NCBI GenBank assembly: GCA_028700905.1
Contig: JAQVRT010000023.1
Span: forward strand, 1 to 11,390
From: Candidatus Iainarchaeum sp.
GTDB lineage: Archaea > Iainarchaeota > Iainarchaeia > Iainarchaeales > CSSED10-239
DNA: 11,390 nt
Direction of reading: 5' to 3'
The position numbers and the translations under genes were made by a program. Under the pieces are notes generated by a model. That model was not told the origin of the DNA, ran no database searches, and was given only the letters and a program-made list of their open reading frames with translations. Below, piece by piece: positions 1 to 8,340 of this stretch; within the stretch, counting starts at the first letter, position 1; each line of letters begins with the position of its first letter.

Positions 1-90
1 ATATTTATAAACATAATGATTAAAGAGAAAAAAGGAAAAAAGTTAAAAAAACAATACTCTTTAAATAAAAATTGGTTTATATAATTATAT

Positions 91-786
91 ATGAGTATAA
101 GTATTAAATATCTTGGACACTCATCATTTCTGTTAACTATCGATAAAAAGAATATTTTAACAGACCCTTTTTTTAAAAATGATTCGTTAGGAAAAATGGA
201 AAGATTAGTCCCTTGTCATCATAAAGTTGAAGATCTTCCAAAGATTGACACTATTTTAATAAGTCACGAACACACAGATTCTTTTGATAAAGATTCAGTA
301 AACTATTTATCTAAAAAATATAATCCAAAGATTATATCTCATTACAGTATCTTGAAAGATATTGAAGGCCTTGAACATAATAAAGTTTCAATTGAAGAAT
401 ATCAAGCAAAAGATATCAATAACATAAATATTCAAGCTCTTCCTGCACATCACCCTGGTGCGTTTTATCCTTTAAGTTTTTTAATTAAAAACAAAAAAGG
501 AAAAACTGTTTATTTTGCAGGAGACACTTATATGACAAAAGACCATGACACTATAAAACCTGACATTGCACTTTTACCAATTGGTGGAAAAAGAACAATG
601 GATCTTGGAACTGCAATTAGGGTTATGAAAAAAATGAGACCTAAATTTGTAATTCCAATGCATTATGATACTTTTGAAGATATTAAAAGAAATCCTCAAG
701 AATTAATCTATAGGTTTGGAAAAAACTATACAGATGTTAATACAGTTATTTTAAATCCAGGTAAAACTTTTAAATTTAAAAATTAA
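91..786 (+). CDS. Metallo-beta-lactamase-fold hydrolase, UPF0173-like paralogue with degenerate motif 2 (HEHTDS instead of HxHxDH)
   Basis: 231-aa ORF with an ATG start. MBL motifs occur in order: IKYLGHSSFLL, LTDPF, ISHEHTDSFD, LPAHHPG, YFAGDT, VIPMHYDTFE. It is a clear paralogue of the 10063..10725 ORF (shared IKY[LI]GHS.FL.TI and [FI]VIPMHYDTFE). There is no SD; a TTTAAATA box sits about 29 nt upstream of the ATG. Confidence 0.8.
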   Translation: MSISIKYLGHSSFLLTIDKKNILTDPFFKNDSLGKMERLVPCHHKVEDLPKIDTILISHEHTDSFDKDSVNYLSKKYNPKIISHYSILKDIEGLEHNKVSIEEYQAKDINNINIQALPAHHPGAFYPLSFLIKNKKGKTVYFAGDTYMTKDHDTIKPDIALLPIGGKRTMDLGTAIRVMKKMRPKFVIPMHYDTFEDIKRNPQELIYRFGKNYTDVNTVILNPGKTFKFKN

Positions 787-1694
787 TAATCTTTAATTTC
801 TAAAGAAAAAAGATCATCTGGAAGAGAAATATTCTTTTTATTTTTTAAATTAGCTTCTAAATCTTTATATCTTGAAGACACATGAACTAAATATAGTTCT
901 TTTGCTTTTATTTTTTTTGAAAAACTAACAACTTCTGAAAAAGAAGAATGTTTCTTAAGTTTAGCTTTTTCTTTTTCTTCATCTAAGAAAGTACACTCAT
1001 GCACTAAAACATCTGGAGATTCAATAAATTTAGGATGTTTTTTTAAAACAGCAGTATCTGTAAAATATAATATTTTTTTACCTTGTTTTTTGAAAGATAA
1101 ATCCATTACTTGACTTGGTTTTATAATTTTACCATCTACCTTAATTGATTTTCCTTCTTGAAGTTTTGAAAATAAAGGTCCTTCTGGTATTTTAAGTTTA
1201 ATTGCTTTTTGTTTATTAAACTTACCAATTTTATCATTTACTTTAAAACAATAACCATAAGATGGAACTGTATGATCAAGCTTTACAGAAGTTATTACTC
1301 CATTATCAATCTTTATTTTTTGATTACTTTTAATTTGTAAAATATTTATTTTAAAAGAAAGATTTATTCCACCAGCTTTTAAAAAATTTTCAAGAAAAGT
1401 TTTATAACCAAAAGGAACATAGATGTTAAGTTCATCTTCTCTTTTTAAAAGAGACATGCTTGATAATAAACCTAAAAGTCCATAATAATGATCTCCATGA
1501 AAATGTGTTATAAAAATACTTTTTATTTTTTGAATACTTTGAGAAGTTTTTAAAATTTGTTGTTGAACATTTTCACTTGCATCAAAAAGATAATTACTTC
1601 CTCTATAATTAATTAATAAAGAAGTTAAGTTTCTAGATTTAGTTGGAGTAGATGCACTTGTTCCTAAAAAATAAATATTAATATTATCAGCCAT
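783..1694 (-). CDS. rnz: Ribonuclease Z (tRNA 3' endonuclease), short form
   Basis: 303 aa with an ATG start. N-terminal IYFLGTSASTPTKSRNLTSLL, motif 2 ITHFHGDHYYGLLGLL, later DHTVPSYGY, LYFTDT, VHECTF and LVHVSSRY match the RNase Z / ELAC1 layout, and the size is typical for it. Confidence 0.88.
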   Translation of the reverse strand: MADNINIYFLGTSASTPTKSRNLTSLLINYRGSNYLFDASENVQQQILKTSQSIQKIKSIFITHFHGDHYYGLLGLLSSMSLLKREDELNIYVPFGYKTFLENFLKAGGINLSFKINILQIKSNQKIKIDNGVITSVKLDHTVPSYGYCFKVNDKIGKFNKQKAIKLKIPEGPLFSKLQEGKSIKVDGKIIKPSQVMDLSFKKQGKKILYFTDTAVLKKHPKFIESPDVLVHECTFLDEEKEKAKLKKHSSFSEVVSFSKKIKAKELYLVHVSSRYKDLEANLKNKKNISLPDDLFSLEIKDY

Positions 1695-1801
1695 ATAAAA
1701 TATATAAAAACAAATGTATTTTAAGGATATTGATACATCTATTATATATCATATAATATTTAGATTCTAATTTTAATAAAAATAAAGAAAATTGAGAAAA
1801 T

Positions 1802-3673
1802 ATGAAAAAAGAAATTAAAGTAAAAGAACTTGTATACAAAGATACAAGTGAAATAATAATTCCAAAAAAAACAATTGATCAAGTAATTGGTCAAGACAAA
1901 TCTATAAATCTTATTAAAAAAGCAGCTCACCAAAAAAGACATATTCTTCTAATAGGAGAACCTGGAACAGGAAAATCTATGCTTGCAGCTGCTCTTGCAG
2001 AGATTTTACCTTCTTATCAATTAAAAGATATTTTATCATATCCAAATAAAGAAGATTCACATAATCCAATAATTAGAGTTGTAAATGCAGGAGAAGGAAA
2101 AAAAATTGTAGAAGATGCAAAACTACAAGCTATGAAAAATAATAGTTCTCAAAGACTATTAAGTTTTATACTTCCAATGGCATGGCTTATTCTTTCAGTT
2201 GCTTTATGGCAATTTAAAGTTATTTCAGACACAGTTTTTGCAGCAATGCTTATTCTTTCTGGATTTATAATGATTGCAACTGCCTTAAGTTTACAAATGA
2301 TGCAAAAAACAAAAGGATTAGTTCCTAAAATATTAATAGACAACTCTAAAAGAAAAGAAGCACCTTTTGTGGATGCTACTGGTGCAAGAGCAGGTGCTTT
2401 ACTTGGAGATGTTTTACATGATCCTCTACAATCAGGTGGTCTTGGAACTCCACCTCACTACAGAATTATTCCTGGGATGATACACAAAGCAAATGAAGGA
2501 GTTTTATTTTTAGACGAAATAGCATCTCTTTCACCAAAATCACAACAAGAACTTTTAACTATATTACAAGAAAAAAAATACAGTATAACTGGACAATCAG
2601 AACTTTCAAGTGGAGCTATGGTAAGAACAACACCTGCACCTTGTAATTTTATATTAGTTGCAGCAGGAAACTACCAAGATCTTGAAAAAGTTCATCCTGC
2701 TATAAGATCAAGAATTAGAGGTTCTGGTTATGAATGTCAAATGAATGTTGATATTCCAGATAATACTGAAAACAGAAATAAAATGGCACAATTTGTTGCA
2801 CAAGAAGTAATTAAAGATAAAAAAATTCCACACTTTACAAAAAATGCTGTAGAAGAAATTATTTTTGAAGCTAGAAAAAAAGCAACTAGAAAAAATCATT
2901 TAAGTTTAAAATTAAGAGAACTTGGTGGACTTGTAAGATCTGCAGGAGATATTGCAAAAGAAAAAGGATTAAGTCTTGTAACTGAAAAAGAAGTTATGGA
3001 AGCTAAAAAACTATCTTCAACTTTAGAACAACAAATGGTTGAAAAAATGATGGATGTTAAAAAAGAATATGACATTTATAAAACAACTGGTAAAAAAGTT
3101 GGAAGAGTAAATGGACTAGCTGTTATGGGAATGACAGAAGCAGGAATAATGCTTCCTATTGAATGTGAAGTTACATTTGCACAATCTCAAAATCAAGGAA
3201 AAGTTATAGCTACAGGAAAATTAGGAGAAATTGCAAAAGAATCTGTTGAAAATGTTTCTGCAATTTTTAAAAAATTAACTGGAAAAGATATCTCAAACTA
3301 TGACATACATGTTCAATTTTTACAAACACATGGAGTTGAAGGAGACTCAGCATCAATTTCTATTGCATCAGCTGTAATTTCTGTTCTTGAAAATATACCA
3401 ATTAAACAAACAATAGCAATGACAGGATCATTATCTATCAGAGGAGAAGTTTTACCTGTTGGTGGAGTTACAGGAAAGATTAATGCTGCAATTAACTCAA
3501 AGATTAAAAAAGTATTAATACCTTTTACAAACAAAGAAGACGTTGTTCTTTCAAAAGAAGCTCTTGACAAAATAGAAATAATTCCTGTTAAAACAATTAA
3601 AGAAGTTATAGAGCATGCTTTTGAAGATGGTGCTAAAAAAGAAAAACTATTAAAGAGATTAAAATCTCTTTAA
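1802..3673 (+). CDS. lonB: Archaeal membrane-bound Lon protease (LonB)
   Basis: 623 aa. Walker A GEPGTGKS and Walker B VLFLDEI are separated by two hydrophobic helices, which is the LonB hallmark. The C-terminal protease domain has [15 protein letters not shown] (Ser) and [11 protein letters not shown] (Lys) 43 residues apart, giving a Ser-Lys dyad. Confidence 0.93.
   Translation: MKKEIKVKELVYKDTSEIIIPKKTIDQVIGQDKSINLIKKAAHQKRHILLIGEPGTGKSMLAAALAEILPSYQLKDILSYPNKEDSHNPIIRVVNAGEGKKIVEDAKLQAMKNNSSQRLLSFILPMAWLILSVALWQFKVISDTVFAAMLILSGFIMIATALSLQMMQKTKGLVPKILIDNSKRKEAPFVDATGARAGALLGDVLHDPLQSGGLGTPPHYRIIPGMIHKANEGVLFLDEIASLSPKSQQELLTILQEKKYSITGQSELSSGAMVRTTPAPCNFILVAAGNYQDLEKVHPAIRSRIRGSGYECQMNVDIPDNTENRNKMAQFVAQEVIKDKKIPHFTKNAVEEIIFEARKKATRKNHLSLKLRELGGLVRSAGDIAKEKGLSLVTEKEVMEAKKLSSTLEQQMVEKMMDVKKEYDIYKTTGKKVGRVNGLAVMGMTEAGIMLPIECEVTFAQSQNQGKVIATGKLGEIAKESVENVSAIFKKLTGKDISNYDIHVQFLQTHGVEGDSASISIASAVISVLENIPIKQTIAMTGSLSIRGEVLPVGGVTGKINAAINSKIKKVLIPFTNKEDVVLSKEALDKIEIIPVKTIKEVIEHAFEDGAKKEKLLKRLKSL
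2153..2296 (+). other. Two-helix transmembrane insertion inside the LonB AAA+ module
   Basis: Residues ~118-165, [49 protein letters not shown], lie between Walker A and Walker B. Confidence 0.75.
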
Positions 3674-3678
3674 AATTC

Positions 3679-3686
3679 TTTTTTTT
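3679..3686 (+). terminator. T8 run after lonB, overlapping the PCNA stop codon
   Basis: TTTTTTTT starts 5 nt after the lonB TAA. Only 11 nt separate the convergent lonB and PCNA ORFs. Confidence 0.4.
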
Positions 3687-4401
3687 AAATTAACATACTT
3701 GACAAATAGAAATTAATCTTAACCTTATTCTCTAAATAATACTCTAGATAAAGAGGAGAATCTTCTGATAACTTAATTAAAACATCAGTCTCATTATCTA
3801 TTGATTTTGTAATATTTTTTAAATATGATAAAGAAAATTTAACCATGATATTTTTCTTAGACTTAATTTTAACTTTAGAAATTATAGTCTCGATTCTTCC
3901 TTTATCTCCTTGAGATTCAATAATAAATTTATTATTTTTTATTTTAAAAGTAACAGTTGTACCAATTAGACTTATATCTTTAAAAATTTCTTTTAAAAGA
4001 TAAGCTTTTAGAGAAATTTCTGCATCATACTCAATTTCTGGAATTGAGATTTCATTTTCAGAAATATCTATATAACTAATATTAAACTTTCTTTCAATTT
4101 GTCCTAAAAGATTAATCTCTAAAGAATTATCTTTTAATTCAAGCTTTAGTTTATCAGAATCAAAAGATCTTGAAATAATATTATATAACTCATGAATATT
4201 TATTCCAACTAAACTAGGCTCAACTAGATAATTTTCAAAATAAGATTTATCAAAATAAAAGTCAAGTAAAAGAATCTGTGTTTTATCAACAGCTTTGATA
4301 TATATTCCATCTTGTTTAAATCTTACATTAGTTTCTTGTATTAAGCTTGAGATTGACTCTAAAGCATCTTTAAAAAGTTTAGTATTTTTTGCAGTTATCA
4401 T
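3685..4401 (-). CDS. pcn: DNA polymerase sliding clamp (PCNA)
   Basis: 238 aa. The N-terminus, FKDALESISSLIQETNVRFKQDGIYIKAVDKTQILLLDF...YF, and the overall size and periodicity are typical of archaeal PCNA. It is divergent from the clamp-loader large subunit. Confidence 0.82.
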   Translation of the reverse strand: MITAKNTKLFKDALESISSLIQETNVRFKQDGIYIKAVDKTQILLLDFYFDKSYFENYLVEPSLVGINIHELYNIISRSFDSDKLKLELKDNSLEINLLGQIERKFNISYIDISENEISIPEIEYDAEISLKAYLLKEIFKDISLIGTTVTFKIKNNKFIIESQGDKGRIETIISKVKIKSKKNIMVKFSLSYLKNITKSIDNETDVLIKLSEDSPLYLEYYLENKVKINFYLSSMLI

Positions 4402-4514
4402 ATCTAATCACACAATATAATATATATTCCCTAAGATTTATAAACTATAATCATTTAAGTTAATAATTAATAAGAGTAATAACGTTTTTAATTACTTCCT
4501 AAATATATTATATT

Positions 4515-5756
4515 ATGACAAATTTTCTTGAAAAATACAGACCATCAAATCTTAGTGAAATGATTGGCCAGAAAAAACAGATTGAAACTTTAAAAGAAAG
4601 TTTAAGTAAAAATCCAAGTACACCAATCTTTATTTATGGAGAAAGTGGTATTGGAAAAACCTTAGCAGTAAAACTTCTTGCAAAAGAACTTAACTTGTCT
4701 ATTTATCATACAGATGCTTCTGATATTAGAGGAAAAGAAGCAATTACAAGTCTTGCTCAAGTAGCATATTCAGCATCAAACATATTTGGTCAAAAAAGAC
4801 TGATTCTTTTAGATGAAATTGACGCTCTTGAAGATAAAAGAGGAAGAGAAGATGCTGGAGGGTTTGCAGAAATTACAAAGATAATTGATAAAACAAAACA
4901 ACCAATAATTTTTATTGCAAACGATCCTTATGAAAATAAAAAACTAAGGCCTATCTTTAATAAATGTGTACAGATAAGGTTTGATCTTCCAAATAAACTT
5001 TCAATACTTAAGTTTGCAAAAGAAATTTGTGATAAAGAAGAAAAAGATTATGATTTAATGTCTCTTAAAACACTTGTTGAAAACACAAAAAATGATATTA
5101 GAGCTTTACTTTTAGATCTTGAGACTTTATGTAATTTTGATAAAATAACATTAGAAGACATAGAAGCCTTAGGAGATAGAAAAAGAGATGAAGATGTTTT
5201 TAAAGTTCTTGGAAAAATATTTTATCCAAGAGGTTTTCTTGAAACTAAAAATGCAATAAATGATTTAAGTATAGATTGGGAACTTTTATTTGCATGGCTT
5301 GAAGAAAATATACCTAGAAAATATAAAAATCCAATAAATCTTGAGAGAGGTATGGAAGCTTTAAGTAGAGCAGATGTTTTTAAAGGAAGAATTAAAGCTA
5401 CAAATTGGATTCTTTTAAAATATATTTTAGATTATTTAACAGTTGGAGTTGCTTATGCAAAAACAGAAAAAGAAGCAGGAGGCTTTTCACCTTTTGTTTT
5501 TCCAACACTTTTAAAGAAATTAAGTTCTAATAAAAAAGAAAAAATTATTTTTGATAATATTGTATTAAAAATGCAAGAGAAAATACATGCATCAAAAAGA
5601 ATAATTAAAAGAGACTACATACCTTTTCTTTTAATTATTGCACAAACAAATAAATTTACAAAAGATATTGTTAATTATTTTGGATTTGAGCATGAAGAAA
5701 TCAAACAACTTGGAGCAAAAATATCTTTAAAAGAATATGAAAAAATAATTGAATAA
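4515..5756 (+). CDS. rfcL: Replication factor C large subunit (clamp loader)
   Basis: 413 aa. It has LEKYRPSNLSEMIGQ (RFC box II), Walker A YGESGIGKT, Walker B LILLDEIDAL, IIFIANDPY (sensor 1 region) and NDIRALLLDLE (SRC-like / sensor region). It is shorter than most archaeal RFC-L proteins. Confidence 0.85.
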   Translation: MTNFLEKYRPSNLSEMIGQKKQIETLKESLSKNPSTPIFIYGESGIGKTLAVKLLAKELNLSIYHTDASDIRGKEAITSLAQVAYSASNIFGQKRLILLDEIDALEDKRGREDAGGFAEITKIIDKTKQPIIFIANDPYENKKLRPIFNKCVQIRFDLPNKLSILKFAKEICDKEEKDYDLMSLKTLVENTKNDIRALLLDLETLCNFDKITLEDIEALGDRKRDEDVFKVLGKIFYPRGFLETKNAINDLSIDWELLFAWLEENIPRKYKNPINLERGMEALSRADVFKGRIKATNWILLKYILDYLTVGVAYAKTEKEAGGFSPFVFPTLLKKLSSNKKEKIIFDNIVLKMQEKIHASKRIIKRDYIPFLLIIAQTNKFTKDIVNYFGFEHEEIKQLGAKISLKEYEKIIE

Positions 5757-5781
5757 TATTAAAAATAAAAAATGATTTAAT

Positions 5782-7572
5782 ATGGCAACAGAATATACAA
5801 GAATAGCAGTAATTGATAAAAATAAATGTCAACCAAAAGCATGTAACTATCTATGCCACAGAGTTTGTCCTCCTGTTAAAATGGGAGAAGATGCAATCGA
5901 AGTTACAAATAGAGAAAACTGGACTCCACCAGTAATTAATGAATCTCTATGTACTGGATGTGGAATCTGCCCTCATAAATGCCCTTTTAAAGCAATTACG
6001 ATTATAAACACAGGAATTAAGTTTGGAGATCCAATACACCAATATGGACAAAATAGCTTTAGAGTATATTCACTTCCATCCTCTGAAAAAGGTTTTATTA
6101 CAGGACTTATTGGAATTAATGGGTCTGGAAAAACAACAAGTATAAACATCCTTTCAGGAAATTTAGTTCCTAACTTAGGAGCCTATGATGAAAAAGAAGA
6201 CATAGACAAAGTAATTGAGTATTATAGAGGAAAAAATATCCAAAAGAATTTTATAGAAATTAAAGAAAAAAAATTATCTTTTGCATATAAAATACAGAAA
6301 GTTGAAGAAATTCCAAAAGTCTTTAAAAAAAGCATTAAAGAATTACTTGAAAATATTTCAAAAGATAAAGAATACTATGAAAAAATTATAAAAGAACTTG
6401 AAATTGAAAAACTTCTTTTAAAAACACCAACAGAGGTATCAGGTGGAGAATTACAAAGAATAGCAATTGCTGCATGTCTTTTAAAAGATGCTCAACTTTA
6501 TTTTTTTGATGAGTACACTACATTTTTAGATATTAAACAAAGATTTAAAATTGCAAAGATTTTAAGAGAAAAAATAAATGAAAATAATTCAATTATGTTA
6601 ATTGAACATGATCTTGCAATTTTAGATTATATTAGTGATTTTGTACAAATAATGTTTGGTAGGAAAAATGCATATGGACAATCTTCTAATAAAAAAACAA
6701 CAAAAAAAGGAATAAATGAATTTTTAGAAGGTTTCTTAAAAGAAGAAAACATAAGAATTAGAGATTATAAAATAGAATTTAGTTCTGCAAAATATGCAAC
6801 TGAAAAAAGAATAGAAACCACTCTTGCAAAATATCCTTCTTTTAAAAAAACATTAGGAGAATTTAACCTAGAAGTTGAAGAAGGAGAAATTAAGAAAGGA
6901 GAAATAATTGGTGTTTTAGGACAAAATGCTATTGGAAAAACAACCTTTATAAAAATTCTTGCAGGAGAAATAAAAGCAGATGATAAAGAGCTAGATATTA
7001 AACTTAAAGTATCATATAAACCTCAATATATAGATCTTAATGAAGAAATTACTGTTCAAGAATTATTTTTAAAAAAAGAAATAAATCAAGATATTTTTAA
7101 TTCAGAGATTAGAAGACAACTTGATATTGATAGTATAATTGATCAAGAAATAAATCAACTTTCTGGAGGAGAACTTCAAAAAGTTGCAATTGCATATACT
7201 CTTTCAAAAAACGCAGATATCTATCTTATTGATGAACCATCAGCATTTTTAGATGTTGAGCAAAGATTAATTGTTTCAAATGTTATTAAAAGCGTAATTT
7301 TAAAGACAGAAAAAAGTGCTTTAGTTGTAGATCACGATCTTTTATTTGTAGATTATATTTCAGATAGAGTTCTTTTATTCCAAGGAGAAGCCTCTGTTAA
7401 AGGTTTTGCAAACAAAATAGATAAAATAGAAGCTTCTTTTAATAAATTTTTAAAAGAACAAAACATGACTTTTAGACAAGATCCTGATACTAAAAGACCA
7501 AGAGCAAATAAACCAGACTCACAGAAAGATAAAGAACAAAGAAAAGAAAATAGTTATTATTATACTATTTAA
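5782..7572 (+). CDS. abce1: ABCE1 / RNase L inhibitor homologue (ribosome recycling ATPase)
   Basis: 596 aa. The N-terminal FeS domain has CQPKACNYLCHRVCP and CTGCGICPHKCP. There are two ABC domains: GINGSGKTT / VSGGELQR / FFDEYTTFLD / IEHDL, and GQNAIGKTT / LSGGELQK / LIDEPSAFLD / VDHDL. The C-terminal RQDPDTKRPRANKPDSQKDKEQ..YY tail is also present. Confidence 0.95.
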   Translation: MATEYTRIAVIDKNKCQPKACNYLCHRVCPPVKMGEDAIEVTNRENWTPPVINESLCTGCGICPHKCPFKAITIINTGIKFGDPIHQYGQNSFRVYSLPSSEKGFITGLIGINGSGKTTSINILSGNLVPNLGAYDEKEDIDKVIEYYRGKNIQKNFIEIKEKKLSFAYKIQKVEEIPKVFKKSIKELLENISKDKEYYEKIIKELEIEKLLLKTPTEVSGGELQRIAIAACLLKDAQLYFFDEYTTFLDIKQRFKIAKILREKINENNSIMLIEHDLAILDYISDFVQIMFGRKNAYGQSSNKKTTKKGINEFLEGFLKEENIRIRDYKIEFSSAKYATEKRIETTLAKYPSFKKTLGEFNLEVEEGEIKKGEIIGVLGQNAIGKTTFIKILAGEIKADDKELDIKLKVSYKPQYIDLNEEITVQELFLKKEINQDIFNSEIRRQLDIDSIIDQEINQLSGGELQKVAIAYTLSKNADIYLIDEPSAFLDVEQRLIVSNVIKSVILKTEKSALVVDHDLLFVDYISDRVLLFQGEASVKGFANKIDKIEASFNKFLKEQNMTFRQDPDTKRPRANKPDSQKDKEQRKENSYYYTI

Positions 7573-8057
7573 GATCTTCTTTGGAAAATAATTTCTGCAG
7601 AAATATAATTATCAACAATTGAAACATTACAATCAGAGAAATCACCAGAAACATTTATTTCTTTATCAAAATAAATTTCTTTTGAAATTTGAGAAGTAAT
7701 ATTTGAAGATTGGTTATTACATAATAAATCTAATTTTCCAGAAAATCTATCTCCTGAAAGAGCAGAATTATCAATTGTAATTTCACAATCAAGACTATTT
7801 TTATTTGTTTCATTTAACATAGATGAAAGATAACTATTAACTCTTGAATCATAATTACTTTTTGTTGCAATTGAACAACTATTAAAAGTTTCATCCAGCA
7901 AAGAATCTACAACAATATTATCTGCTGATAAGGCTAAAAGAGAAACATGATTATAAGAATTTGTTATAACTTCTGTGTTATCAGAAATAATTATTGAAGG
8001 AGTTAAAAAAACAATAACAATTAATAAAATAATTCCACTAAACAAACCTTTTTCCAT
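7569..8057 (-). CDS. Class III signal peptide (type IV pilin-like) protein, P4
   Basis: The track ORF starts at GTG 8069. I prefer ATG 8057 (MEKGLFSGIILLIVIVFLTPSII, 162 aa) because GAGGGG (plus-strand cccctc, 8062-8067) lies 4-6 nt upstream as an SD. The leader ends in KG and is followed by a hydrophobic helix. The mature part has 4 Cys and 5 N-x-S/T sequons. I recognise no family. Confidence 0.6.
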   Translation of the reverse strand: MEKGLFSGIILLIVIVFLTPSIIISDNTEVITNSYNHVSLLALSADNIVVDSLLDETFNSCSIATKSNYDSRVNSYLSSMLNETNKNSLDCEITIDNSALSGDRFSGKLDLLCNNQSSNITSQISKEIYFDKEINVSGDFSDCNVSIVDNYISAEIIFQRRS

Positions 8058-8340
8058 CAAACCCCTCACAATAAACTTTAGTTTCTAAATCATTATAACC
8101 ACTATCACTTGAAGTAAAATCATAATAGAAATATTCAGTACACCAGTAATACTCAGCTGGACTTGTAACTTCTCCTTCTCCTGAATTAAACTCATTATAA
8201 CTAAGTGAATTTAAAATTATTTGCTTATCTGTATTAACTGACCTATAAACAACAAAAGTTGTAAGTGTTAAAAATAAAATAAATATCATTACATAGTGAA
8301 GAGTTGTAATTGTTAAAATATATCCTTTATTTTGTTTCAT
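8038..8340 (-). CDS. Small class III signal peptide-like protein, P3 (aromatic-rich mature domain)
   Basis: 100 aa. The ATG abuts the P2 stop (TAAATG), and AAGGTGTGGAG SD lies 4 nt upstream. The N-terminus is MKQNKG-YILTITTLHYVMIFILFLTLTTFVV. The mature part has 2 Cys and a YYWCTEYFYYDF segment. Confidence 0.55.
   Translation of the reverse strand: MKQNKGYILTITTLHYVMIFILFLTLTTFVVYRSVNTDKQIILNSLSYNEFNSGEGEVTSPAEYYWCTEYFYYDFTSSDSGYNDLETKVYCEGFDGKRFV

Noticed and set aside
16-84. 22-codon Lys-rich mini-ORF (MIKEKKGKKLKKQYSLNKNWFI) upstream of the first gene
   Set aside because: It lies in an A-rich promoter or spacer region, has no SD, and its composition is just poly-A translated. It more likely holds the promoter of the 91..786 gene.
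1760-1942. 60-aa minus-strand ORF spanning the rnz-lonB promoter region and the lonB start
   Set aside because: Its composition is low-complexity and rich in F, I, N and Y, as expected from reading AT-rich DNA antisense. It overlaps the well-supported lonB N-terminus and has no SD or motif.
2149-3570. Three minus-strand ORFs (2149..2343, 2708..2899, 3313..3570) inside lonB
   Set aside because: All are antisense to a confidently identified LonB coding frame, and none has a recognisable motif or initiation signal. They are typical shadow ORFs.
4414-4514. Inverted copies of the 12-mer ATATATTATATT (4414-4425 reverse complement, 4503-4514) in the PCNA/RFC-L divergent region, considered as a shared operator
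   Set aside because: Near-identical TATA-like strings occur elsewhere (for example ATATATTATA at 9331-9340). In DNA this AT-rich, a 12-nt A/T-only match is weak evidence. These are probably just generic promoter A/T boxes.
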